From the NCBI GenBank assembly GCA_963718515.1, contig OY970354.1, positions 1 to 44,362 of the forward strand: 44,362 nucleotides of DNA, in the 5' to 3' direction. Under the pieces are notes generated by a model. The model saw only the letters and a list, made by a program, of their open reading frames with translations. It was not told where the DNA came from and did no database searches. A program made the position numbers and the translations under genes. Shown one piece after another: positions 6,909-16,800 of the stretch (position 1 is the first letter of the stretch; every line of letters starts with the position of its first letter). This DNA is from an uncultured bacterium (GTDB taxonomy: Bacteria; Patescibacteriota; Minisyncoccia; UBA6257; 2-01-FULL-56-20).

Positions 6909-9900
6909 CTATAAACTGGTGAGCTCCCCTCTCGTCTTCGGTCCCACCGCACCATAGCCAGTCGTGCTTGGCGTCCCATAGGAGACAATGCCTTCTTTAG
7001 TCTGGAATGCTTCGACTGCTTGCTCGGTAAGGGATCCATAGTATCCGGTGACATACTGGGGAGCAAGGTAACCGTCCGTGACAAGGATGCTTTGGAGGGT
7101 GTCTACCTGTGGTCCTGCATCACCGGGAGCGAGGTTCGTCGTGATGGATCCACTGGTGGTCGTGGGAGATGGTGTCGTCACGACAGGGGTCGTCGTCCCC
7201 CCTCCGATCTTTTGGTTGAGCGATGCCCTTGTAAGGGATCCTACGAATCCAGAGGTGGGAGAGATGCCATTCGCCGCCTGATACTCTGCGACTGCTTTTG
7301 CGGTAAGCGATCCAAAGTAGGTGGATTCATTGCCGGGAGAACCGGATCCTGTCTTTGCGATTGTGAATCCCCACTGATTGAGAAGGATCTGCAATTCTTT
7401 TACATCTGAGCCGACGGAGCCGATCGTGAGATTTCTTGTGAAGAGGGGGAGAGAAGAGCCAGATGATGGAGGAGGCGTTGTGATGGGAGGGGTGCTCACC
7501 GTTCCCCCAGGGATGAAGGTGAGGTTCGGGGAAGAGATCGTGGTACCGGCACCAAGAGAAACGGCTTTTACATCATAGGTCTTGCCAGGAGTGAGGCCAG
7601 CAAGATTGAAGTAGGAAGTTGCAAGGATGGGAGACTGCTGGGTGGAAGACCCATAGAAGAGAGAGGTTCCATAGAAGACCTGAGTGAGGGCAGGGAGAGA
7701 GTTCGTGACCATGATCTTTGCCGTTGTGGGAGTGGAAGTCACGATGACCATGCCGACCGTGAAGGGAGCGGTGTATCCACCGCCACCGCCACCACCACCT
7801 GATGATCCACCTCCGCCGGAACCGCCGCCACCAGAAGTGCCACCCCCTCCCCCGCCCGACGTCTGGGTTGCCTGGGTCGTGAAGGAAAAGTCTCCTGACG
7901 TGATGGGGGTGCTTGATCCAAGCACGGTTGCCGCGACATCAAAGTGGTATATCGTGCTTTGGGTAAGTCCCGTGAGGTTCACGAAGGTGGTCGTGAGTTC
8001 GGGAGAGGCAGACGTGGTCATGCCATAACTCGTATTCGTTCCGTAGTTGAGCTGAAGCGAAGATGTCCCGGTCGTTACAATGACGACCTGTGCGGATGTG
8101 TCGGTGATCTGGCTCACGGTGACGCTCGAGATGAGCGGAGGGGTCGATGTCGAGGTGATCGGCGCGGAGACGACGATGACCTGTTGCGCCTCTGCAGGCG
8201 GGGCACTCCCCCGCTCGACGATCACCTTGGTCGTGTAAGTGCCTGCAGTTTGGTAACTGCACAGGTTTGTGGCGACATACGGATTCTGATTGGTGGCATT
8301 CACGGTGAGGTCTGCGGGAGAAGTGACATTGGTGCCAGTGTCAGATCGGTTGCAATAGAAGATGTAATTGATGGTACCTTGTGCGGTGCCGAGTGCTGAT
8401 GCCGTAAGCGAAACAGTTACGGGGGCAGTGCCGGTAAGAGGCGTTGCAAGGAGAGACGCGGTCAGGGTCTGGGGAACGTTGGCTACCGTAACGGATACAT
8501 TGCCCGAGCTGCCGATATTCCCTGCGGCATCATATGCTTTCGTCATGAGGGAATGGGTGCCATTCGTAAGGGAGTTCGTATTGAGGGAGAAAGTGTAGGG
8601 AGATACGGTATCGTTTGATTGAAGAACATTGTCCACGTAGAACTCAACTTTGACCACGCCTACGTTGTCTGAGGCAGAGGCAGTAACGGTGATCGTGCTT
8701 GATACCGTGGCGTTGTTCAGAGGGGAGGTGATGCTTGTCGTAGGAGGGGTCGTATCTGCGGGGTTTCCTGTGGTGGCATTGATGCCTGATGACTGGGCAG
8801 AGGCATTCCCTGCGTTGTCATATGCAGAAATAGTGTATGAGTAGGTGGTGCTGGGGGTGAGGCCGGTGTTCGTGAAGGAATTTGTGGTGCTTGTCCCCAC
8901 CTGCACGCCCCCTCTATATATCCTGTATCCTGCGAGGCCTGAGGTCGTCTGGCCATTCACGGTGGGATCGGTGCTTTGGGTCCATGCAAGAGAGATCGTG
9001 GAGGTCGTGATGTTTGATGCGGCAAGGCCGGTGGGGACAGAGGGAGGGGTCACGTCGGGGGAGGCGTTGTTCACGGTGATCGTGACGGTTCCTGAGATAC
9101 CCGTGTTGCCTGATGAATCGGTGGCTTTTGCAACCAGGGTATGGGAGCCATTGGAGAGAGATGCGGTATTCAGAGAGTAATTCCAGTTTGTGGTGCCGGA
9201 TACCGATTGATATGACCCTCCGTCAATTGAGAGGGATACGGATGAGACGGCAACATTGTCTGACGCAATACCAGAGACGGTGATGGTCGAAGAGACGGTG
9301 GCACCATTAGAAGGAGAAGATATCGAGATCGTGGGTGGGGTGGTGTCGCCTCCTCCGCCGCTTGATGGATCATTCTCATAGACCGCCTCGTTGAACTCGC
9401 GGATGTCAGGAAACTTGAAGGTTCCTCCACTGCAAGAACCTGGGTTCGAAGCCAGAGCATAACTCACGGTCCCTGCTCCGGAATTGTTTGATCCGGTCAT
9501 CAGAACCTCGGCACCTGTGGCCGTTCCCGCGCCAGCGGTTGCGCAGTTGCTGCCGCTCACCTGGAAACCGCCCATGATGTGAGTGCCGCCGGGGAGACCG
9601 CTTATGGTGAGGGTCTCCGTGCCGCCAGACCAACTTGATCCCGTGATGCTATACGAATTTTGATAGGAAGTGTCTATGGGAAGACTTTGATAAGCAAGCG
9701 CGGCGGGAATGTTGTAAGCATAGCCACCAATATTCTGGCCGCCGCTCACGTCAGGGCCGGCCGCAGGGAACGCAGGGATTTGGGTGGCGCTGCAGTTCGT
9801 CGGGAAAGTACTCCAGCCCATGCAAACTTTCCACCAACTGAGACCTGTGCCTCCACTGGGATGAGGAGTACAGTTCGTCGACGAATATCCTTGCAGGAAA

Positions 9901-12755
9901 AAAGAACACGGCAAAGCCTGAGTCGAGGGAACAGAATTATCAAAAGGCGCAGCGTTGCCCGAAAGAGTCGTGGGGACTTCTGACGTTCCGCCGCACGTGG
10001 TAGACCATCCAGGATCACTTGAGTTACCGCACCAGCGCACGCCCGCAGTTGCTGTATCGTAATTTCCCCACCGCATTAAGCTCGCCATGGCAAGCGGATC
10101 GCCGCGGCTGTCCACGTAGAAGATTGTTGAATATGCTTGGCCTTGATAGGTTCCACACTCGCCACTTCCAATGGCGTTGCCAACAACGTTATCGAATCGC
10201 GCGAAGGAACCAATATTTATTCCCCTAAAATTAACGGTTGTCTGATAAGGAGGATCCCAGCAAGAAATATAATTCCTAAACCATGTGTTCATGGAATGCG
10301 TTCCCCACGTATCGTCGTCTTCCGCTTCTCCGATTTGGTTGCCCTCCAACAGAATGAAGGCCGATCCAGCCGAATGCTGAAATTCACTGTTTTGAGGATA
10401 GCTCGTCTGAGAATCACGATTGTAGTTGTAAGCGATGACGTCTCCTTCATCGCTTCCCTCTCCTTCATCAACGATGCCACCTTGGACCAGATTGTTCATG
10501 ATCAAGTCGTCAGAATCAGAGCCATTATTGATCGCTATAGTATCCGCATCATTCAGTGACGTAGGATCTTGCGAGTAAACATAATTATTCATAACAAGGC
10601 CACTCTTACTGCGGCCCCCCACACTGACATCACGATACGCCGCTCTGCCGATAATACGCAGGCCTTTGATCCAGGATGCATACGCCGGGCCTATGCCAAT
10701 ATCTTCATTTTGCCCATACTGCAACTTCACCGTCGCGTCTTCAAGCCCATTGCCGACGGCAATGTATGACGGGTCCTGCCAATTAAGCATCGCCGTGTTT
10801 GCATATGACCAATTCGGCATATAGAGGCCGGGGCTGAAATTCACGGTATACGTACCGTCACCGTTATTGGTAACCGCCGTTATGCGAACCATCTGCATCT
10901 GGAATTCCGGGAGGCTGTCGGTTCCTCCACTCAAGTCGCATGCCGAGTCCAAGCCGCAGATAAATAAGCCGCCGTTATCAACGTGCGATCCCGTACAAGG
11001 ATTGCCGCTGAATCCCGTATCGCATTGCGTGAACCACGCAAGATTGCCCACCGTCAGTAAATTCGCTGACGTAACCGAACCGATCTTCACCGACGTTGCT
11101 CCCGGGGAAAAATTGGAGTCCGAGGTCAACGTGCCCTGTCCCGCTCCAGAAGAACCGCCCATCTGGATAAAAATATTATTTCCCGTCACGTTGAGCGTAG
11201 TACTCATCGGACCACTGCCGCGCACCGTGACTTCGTTATGACCGTAGATATAAAGACTGGTTGGAATATTAAACGTACCAGGCGCAAGAAGGACATAGGT
11301 GCCAGGCGAACATCCGGCAATGGCGTTACTAATATTTGTGACGTCGGTACCATCGGTCTGCCCTGATGGATTAACAGTTTTACAATATGTCCTCACGGGC
11401 GGCGTCCAGGGATTCGGCGTGGTCTCTCCGTCGGGGAGCGTTGCAGGAAGTCCTGCGGTGCCCCAGTTGATGGCGCGAGATGATGCAAGGATGTTAGACC
11501 AGGAACCTGATCCCCCTCCTCCCCCACTCGCTTGGGTTGTAGCACTCGCACTGGCTGATTGGGAAGAGTTGTTACCGGCAGCATCATAGGCAGAGACGGT
11601 ATAGGTGTATTGGGTGGATGGGTTAAGACCTCCATCGGTGTAACTCGTGGTTGGGGATGTTCCAATCTGGACGCCTCCTCTGTATACCTTATATCCCGTG
11701 ACACCAACATTGTCGGTGCTTGGACTCCAGGTGAGGGAGATCTGACTTGATGAGATAGCGGTTGCCTGGAGATTGGTTGGGACGCTGGGAGGTTGGGTGT
11801 CAGGAGGAGAGAATGAGACGCTGACCGTAGTGTTTGCGTTTACCGTGAGGGTGCAGACATTGCCACTGGTTGTTCCTCCGCAATTACTCCATGCGGTCGT
11901 ATATCCGGAGTTAGGGGTTGCGGTGAGGGTGACGCTTGTACCATTGTTTATGACCATGCTGCAGGTGGATCCGCAATTGATGCCTGTGGGGGAACTAACC
12001 ACGGAACCATTGCCACTGTTTGCGAGGGTGAGGGTGGAGGTGGTGGCACCGCCCGAGGCGGAGAAGAAGGATGCGACGTCAGCAACTTTTTGCGTGAAAG
12101 GATTTGTCCACGACCACGTTGTGCCGATGGAGGCATTGCTTGGATCAATAAGATAACCCACGCCAGCGGGATCTCCTTGGCATCCCGACATACCGGCGAT
12201 TCCCAAAAACGTGAATCCGCTCGTTAGTGAAAAATTAGTCGCGGAGTAACATGTTCCCCCGCCAAACCCCGTGATGATGAGTTCCTGCGTAGAAGCGGGC
12301 GTGATAGAGCCTGTGTTGACAGACGTTCCATAGACCGCTGTGCTCGAACCGTTTTCAGCGTCGAAAGGATTCGAGGCGGTGAGTGTCCCCGCCCATGCAG
12401 AAACGTATAAACTTGGATATTGACCACTCCCACTTCTTGTAACCGTAAACGTTTGCGCGGAGTTCGTTTGCGGAGCGTACGCATAAAAAATTTGTGCGTA
12501 ATTAGTCCCGTCGTTCACGGGGTTTAACGTGTACCACGTATTATTCATGCTATCCGAGATTGTTGAAGTCCCACTGTTCGTGGTAGCCACAACCACAATA
12601 AGGGAAGCGCCCGTGGTATTGATGCCGGGCGTCACCTGCGAAACCACCTGCCCCGATGCGCCGCCCGATGATATAAAAGTGATCGCGGCGTGACTCGCAG
12701 GGGCGTAGGAGAAGATACCAATCCCAAGCAGCAGGATGATGAGGTATTTCTTCAT
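6909..12755 (-). CDS. Giant secreted wall-associated protein B (1,948 aa from the MKKYL start)
   Basis: - Signal peptide MKKYLIILLLGIGIFSYAPASHA.
- A divergent InlB-B-repeat-like unit (GSVVSSPTGINCGSTCS...TLTATPNSGY...CTLTV).
- FN3 units.
- A ~900-aa Asn/Gly/Asp-rich segment that I read as a right-handed beta-helix.
- Ig-like units (TPPTISISSPSNGATVSSTITVSGIASDNVAV).
- A PKD-like unit (GTINYIFYCNRSDTG).
- A poly-Gly run.
- Two C-terminal PG-binding domains (FTRNLTIGSVGSDVKELQ..., GDAGPQVDTLQSIL...).
- The ORF is open to 12776 (TTG). Confidence 0.9.
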   Translation of the reverse strand: MKKYLIILLLGIGIFSYAPASHAAITFISSGGASGQVVSQVTPGINTTGASLIVVVATTNSGTSTISDSMNNTWYTLNPVNDGTNYAQIFYAYAPQTNSAQTFTVTRSGSGQYPSLYVSAWAGTLTASNPFDAENGSSTAVYGTSVNTGSITPASTQELIITGFGGGTCYSATNFSLTSGFTFLGIAGMSGCQGDPAGVGYLIDPSNASIGTTWSWTNPFTQKVADVASFFSASGGATTSTLTLANSGNGSVVSSPTGINCGSTCSMVINNGTSVTLTATPNSGYTTAWSNCGGTTSGNVCTLTVNANTTVSVSFSPPDTQPPSVPTNLQATAISSSQISLTWSPSTDNVGVTGYKVYRGGVQIGTSPTTSYTDGGLNPSTQYTYTVSAYDAAGNNSSQSASASATTQASGGGGGSGSWSNILASSRAINWGTAGLPATLPDGETTPNPWTPPVRTYCKTVNPSGQTDGTDVTNISNAIAGCSPGTYVLLAPGTFNIPTSLYIYGHNEVTVRGSGPMSTTLNVTGNNIFIQMGGSSGAGQGTLTSDSNFSPGATSVKIGSVTSANLLTVGNLAWFTQCDTGFSGNPCTGSHVDNGGLFICGLDSACDLSGGTDSLPEFQMQMVRITAVTNNGDGTYTVNFSPGLYMPNWSYANTAMLNWQDPSYIAVGNGLEDATVKLQYGQNEDIGIGPAYASWIKGLRIIGRAAYRDVSVGGRSKSGLVMNNYVYSQDPTSLNDADTIAINNGSDSDDLIMNNLVQGGIVDEGEGSDEGDVIAYNYNRDSQTSYPQNSEFQHSAGSAFILLEGNQIGEAEDDDTWGTHSMNTWFRNYISCWDPPYQTTVNFRGINIGSFARFDNVVGNAIGSGECGTYQGQAYSTIFYVDSRGDPLAMASLMRWGNYDTATAGVRWCGNSSDPGWSTTCGGTSEVPTTLSGNAAPFDNSVPSTQALPCSFFLQGYSSTNCTPHPSGGTGLSWWKVCMGWSTFPTNCSATQIPAFPAAGPDVSGGQNIGGYAYNIPAALAYQSLPIDTSYQNSYSITGSSWSGGTETLTISGLPGGTHIMGGFQVSGSNCATAGAGTATGAEVLMTGSNNSGAGTVSYALASNPGSCSGGTFKFPDIREFNEAVYENDPSSGGGGDTTPPTISISSPSNGATVSSTITVSGIASDNVAVSSVSLSIDGGSYQSVSGTTNWNYSLNTASLSNGSHTLVAKATDSSGNTGISGTVTITVNNASPDVTPPSVPTGLAASNITTSTISLAWTQSTDPTVNGQTTSGLAGYRIYRGGVQVGTSTTNSFTNTGLTPSTTYSYTISAYDNAGNASAQSSGINATTGNPADTTPPTTSITSPLNNATVSSTITVTASASDNVGVVKVEFYVDNVLQSNDTVSPYTFSLNTNSLTNGTHSLMTKAYDAAGNIGSSGNVSVTVANVPQTLTASLLATPLTGTAPVTVSLTASALGTAQGTINYIFYCNRSDTGTNVTSPADLTVNATNQNPYVATNLCSYQTAGTYTTKVIVERGSAPPAEAQQVIVVSAPITSTSTPPLISSVTVSQITDTSAQVVIVTTGTSSLQLNYGTNTSYGMTTSASPELTTTFVNLTGLTQSTIYHFDVAATVLGSSTPITSGDFSFTTQATQTSGGGGGGTSGGGGSGGGGSSGGGGGGGGYTAPFTVGMVIVTSTPTTAKIMVTNSLPALTQVFYGTSLFYGSSTQQSPILATSYFNLAGLTPGKTYDVKAVSLGAGTTISSPNLTFIPGGTVSTPPITTPPPSSGSSLPLFTRNLTIGSVGSDVKELQILLNQWGFTIAKTGSGSPGNESTYFGSLTAKAVAEYQAANGISPTSGFVGSLTRASLNQKIGGGTTTPVVTTPSPTTTSGSITTNLAPGDAGPQVDTLQSILVTDGYLAPQYVTGYYGSLTEQAVEAFQTKEGIVSYGTPSTTGYGAVGPKTRGELTSL
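8686..9061. repeat. 376-bp segment identical to 39961..40336 (direct repeat, copy 1, inside gene B)
   Basis: Base-by-base comparison of the two stretches shows no mismatch (offset 31,275). The flanks diverge immediately: CAGTA vs CGGAG on one side, AGGCG vs CATTA on the other. Confidence 0.9.
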
Positions 12756-12774
12756 AAGTACTTTTAAGTATAAC

Positions 12775-12807
12775 AAAATTAAAAGAGGACTCCCTAGACA
12801 GTCCTCT
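12775..12807 (-). terminator. Intrinsic-terminator-like hairpin between the mini-ORF and the gene B start; candidate attenuator
   Basis: The minus strand reads AGAGGACT-GTCTAGGG-AGTCCTCT followed by TTTAATTTT. It ends 20 nt before the gene B ATG (12755). An overlapping alternative hairpin, GACAG-AGGA-CTGTC, is possible. Confidence 0.45.
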
Positions 12808-12831
12808 GTCTTGCTGGTCCGTTCTCCGCGC

Positions 12832-12930
12832 CTAGCTGGTGTGCGTTTCCGTGCCGGACGTCGTTTGGCGATTGAGCGTCATGGTCGTGACTTGCGTCGC
12901 GGCCGCGTGAGCGGTGGTTTTCTTCTTCAT
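12832..12930 (-). CDS. 32-codon Thr-rich mini-ORF (candidate leader peptide) MKKKTTAHAAATQVTTMTLNRQTTSGTETHTS
   Basis: The ATG is preceded by GGAGAAAGTAT, the best Shine-Dalgarno-like match seen in the window. 11 of the 32 codons are Thr (ACC/ACG). It lies between a predicted promoter and a terminator hairpin. It is too short for the ORF track. Confidence 0.3.
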   Translation of the reverse strand: MKKKTTAHAAATQVTTMTLNRQTTSGTETHTS

Positions 12931-12981
12931 ATACTTTCTCCGTGAAAGAAGTTAGGAGCCCCACAACTTGGTACTAAAACC

Positions 12982-13010
12982 ACTATAGCATAGTCATTTT
13001 TCCACTTCAA
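12982..13010 (-). promoter_or_regulatory. Promoter upstream of the mini-ORF and gene B
   Basis: The minus strand reads TTGAAG (fwd 13005-13010), a 17-nt spacer, then TATAGT (fwd 12982-12987), about 45 nt before the mini-ORF ATG. Confidence 0.4.
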
Positions 13011-13451
13011 CTGAGCGCGAGATCGAAACTTTTATTACCACACTCCCGGTCCATCACCATCGAGATACCATTTACCGTTTATTTCATCGATCTTAATGGA
13101 GGTATTTCCGCACAAAATGACTACGTCGATGGCGAGCCGGATGAAAAACGAGAACTGCTCCAAGATTTACTCTGGAACCTTTCGTTCCATAACAAGATTG
13201 TACAGGATTTACAATACAAACCCGTCTTTGCGCTCATCGCAAAAACACCCAAACCGACCGATTTTGAAACAATGTTGCCGTACTCGGTCTTGGAATTTTT
13301 ATAAGACCTCTTTAGGAGGCTTTACAAGGGTTCTTGAAAATCTCCTTTCTCTCTCATTTGAGGCGTCTCGGTCATAAGACATTTCAACCGCCTACGAGAT
13401 TATTGCACACCAAAAGTGAAATTGGAGGCCCCCGAAACCGGAGACGTTTTC

Positions 13452-13871
13452 GAATGTAACATGATGTGAAAATGTGGCGTGGCGTCACTTTTTTATGAAG
13501 CCGTCCGCTGGACTTGTAAAATAAGGGGTCTTGGATGGCTGAAATGTGACGCTCCAAAATGTTACAAATGTTACAGTGGTTCGACTATATCAAAAGTTAA
13601 CAAAGTTTACACAGAAATGGACGCTAAATTTAGCTGTAAACTTTTCAGAAATGGCACAGATGGCAGTCGTATGAGTGCTTTTTTGTGTGCCATTTCAATG
13701 TGCCAAAAACTAACAGATTGGACAAAGTGGACATATTAATAGCATCCTGGACGTGTCCATTTTGTACAAATACATGTCTCACTTTGAAAGATCGATGCCC
13801 ATAAAATGGGGGTTTTTGATCAAATGAGACAAATGAGACATTTTTAACGTGTCTTGAGGGGTGTCTCATTT
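13452..13871. repeat. Dense cluster of AAA(GT/TG)NNACA words forming two 9-nt-period tandem doublets and four consecutive 10-11-bp inverted repeats
   Basis: Tandem doublets: AAATGTTACA x2 (13557-13575) and AAATGAGACA x2 (13822-13840).

Inverted repeats:
- 13602-13611 / 13635-13644 (AAAGTTTACA / TGTAAACTTT)
- 13648-13658 / 13686-13696 (GAAATGGCACA / TGTGCCATTTC)
- 13724-13733 / 13754-13763 (one mismatch)
- 13831-13840 / 13862-13871 (AAATGAGACA / TGTCTCATTT). Confidence 0.6.
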
Positions 13872-13886
13872 GCCACGCCGAGAACC

Positions 13887-16800
13887 TTAGTCACCTATGC
13901 TCCGCAAGTACGCTCTTGTGATGGGCCCGAAATATCCTTGCGCGGGTGTAATGCCCACCGTCGCTTGATATTCCGCAAGCGCAGCCTGCGTGATCAATCC
14001 AAAGTATCCCGTGGCTCCCACATTCGCCAAGGCCGTGGCGTCGGGGCCCACGTCTTTTGTAACGAGAAACTCCTGAAGACTGGTCACGTCTGCGCCGGTG
14101 GAACCGATGGTAAGATCGCGCGGGATTGCTGAAAGTTGGTAAGTTCCACTTTCTCCATTAAGATACGCATCCGTGCTTAATGGAATCGTAATTCCCTGCG
14201 CCTGAGCCTCCTTGAGAAGCGCTTGAAGCTCCGTGATGAGCAGATTAAGAAGCTCTTCCTGCGCTAACGTAGAGGAACCCGAGGTGCTGTTGCTGGAGAT
14301 GACCGTAGAGGTCGCAGATCCCGTTGCGGAAGTAGGAGGGATATAAGAAGCTATGACGCCCGTGCCACCACCTCCCCCACCGCCGCCGCTTGAACCGCCT
14401 CCACCTCCTCCACCCCCTCCGCTTGCCGGCGCGGTTGCCGTAAAGGATTGATCCGCTTCCGAAACGGACGAACCGAATTGTACCGCGAGGTGGAACCAAT
14501 AATTTCCCGCGGACGGCACTGTGGAATTCAGTACGGTATCAAAATTTTGTCCGGGCTGAATAAGTTTTTCATCGGTCGAACTGAAAATACTGCCGGATCC
14601 TCCGCACTGATCCGTTTCGTTATTGGTGACACACCACGTGTACGTATATTCGTACGCGGTGGCGCCTTCGTTGGTGATCCGTACCGCCGTGGAAATAGTT
14701 GGCGTCGTCAAACCCGAGAAACTTTGAATAAGAACCTGCGCCGGCGGTCCAGGCGTTGCGCTTACCGGAGACGTTGCGATCCCTTGTCCAACCGCGTTCA
14801 CCGCCGATACGCGGAAGTCGTAAGAATTGCCATTGGCCAAGCCGGTCACCGTAATATCGGGAGTTGTGCTTGTTCCATCGCTGAACGGCGCCCATGTTCC
14901 TCCGGTCGACAGTTCATATTCAACGACATAATTAGTGATCGCGCTGCTGCCGGTCGAGGAAGGAGCCGACCATGAAAGTGCCACAGCGCTGTCTTCAACT
15001 GTTGCCGCAAGATTTGTCGGCACACCAGGAACTCCAGCCGGCGTCACGGAGTTGCTGGTGCCGGAAACCGTACTTGTGCCGACCGCGTTGGTCGCCGTCA
15101 CGGTAAAGGTATACGCCGTGCCGTTATTTAATCCTGTCACCACGGCGGTGGTGCCGGTCGAGACTACGGAAATATTATTGTTTGATGTGACGGTGTAACT
15201 AATTATTGGACTGCCGCCATTATCTGCGGGCGCAGACCATGCAACCCCTGCACTTTGATTGCCCACTGACGCGGCAACATTGGTCGGCGCATCGGGCACC
15301 GTGGCCGGCGTCACGGAATTCGATGCTGCGGACGCAGTGCTTGTGCCAACTGAGTTCGTTGCCGTGACGGTAAAGGTGTACGGGGTGCCATTGCTCAAGC
15401 CGGTGATCGTGATCGGCGAAGCGCCGCCTGAGGCGGTGAAGTTGCCGACGTTAGAGGTGACAGTGTAGCTAATAATAGAGGAGCCGCCTGTGCTCGTCGG
15501 CGCACTAAAGGTGATCGTTGCTTCCCCGTTACCACCGGTCGCGCTGACGCCGGTTGGCGCATTCGGTGCGGCGGCGGGAACGACAGAATTACTCGTGCCA
15601 GAAAGCGTGCTCGTGCCGACCGCGTTCGTCGCCGTCACAGTGAAGGTGTATGTCGTGCCGTTATTCAATCCCGTCACGGTGATCGGACTGCCAGTGGAAC
15701 TCGCAGTGAATCCTCCGACATTCGAAGTGGCAGTGTAATAAAGGATCGGCGATCCGCCGGTCGACGATGCGGTGAAGGTGATCGTCGCTTGAGCGACGCC
15801 GGCGGTAGCACTCACCGAGATCGGCGCGCTCGGCACCGTGGCGGGAATAATAGAATTACTTGATCCGGAAGAAGTGCTCGTGCCCGCGCCGTTCGTGGCG
15901 GTGACGGTGAATGAATATGTCGTGCCGTTCGTGAGTCCGGTCACTGTAATCGGTGACGCGCCGCCAGTGGCGGTGAAGCCACCAATATTCGACGTCACCG
16001 TGTAGCTTGTGATCGCGGAGCCACCGTTGTTGGCAGGCGCGGTGAACGTTATGGTCGCTTGGCCATTGCCACCGGTTGCACTAATAGAAGTTGGCGCGTC
16101 CGGCATGGTTGAAGGGGTCACAGAATTGCTCGTTCCGGAAATGGTGCTGGTGCCGACCGCATTGGTGGCGGTCACCGTAAACGTATATGTCGTTCCATTA
16201 CTCAACCCGGTTATTGTGATCGGCGAGTTTCCGCCTGTCGCGGTAAAGCCACCAGAATTTGATGTGACGGTGTAGTTCGTGATCGGCGATCCACCCGTCG
16301 ACGACGCAGTGAAGCTGACGGTCGCTTGCCCATTGCCACCGGTCGCGCTCACATTCGTCGGTGCGCTCGGCGTTGTCGCCGGCGTCACCGAGTTGCTCGT
16401 GCCGGAAATCAAACCTGTACCGATTGCGTTCGTTGCCGTTACGGTGAATGTGTATGTTGTGCCATTCGTCAGGCCGGTCACCGTGATCGGACTGCCGGTT
16501 GAACTTGCAGTGAATCCGCCGACATTCGAAGAGGCGGTGTAGTAAAGAATTGCAGAGCCGCCCGTGCTCGACGGTGCGCTAAAACTTATCGTGGCTTGCG
16601 TGCTCGTGGCAACGGCCGTCACACTCGTCGGTGCGCCTGGCGTGGTCGCCGGTGTCACTGAGTTTGATGCCGTGGACGCGGTGCTCGTGCCAACCGCGTT
16701 GGTCGCCGTCACCGTAAACGTGTATGCAGTGCCATTGCTCAAGCCGGTGATCGTGATCGGTGATGCGCCGCCCGTTGCGGTGAAGCCACCGGAGTTTGAT

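Noticed and set aside
13096-13869. Track ORFs 13096..13377 (+), 13479..13739 (+) and 13645..13869 (-) in the AT-rich spacer.
   Set aside because: They are Cys/Arg/Lys-rich with an implausible composition, and they run through the palindromic repeat field. The start-less frame 12978..13304, reported as a finding, looks more protein-like than any of them.
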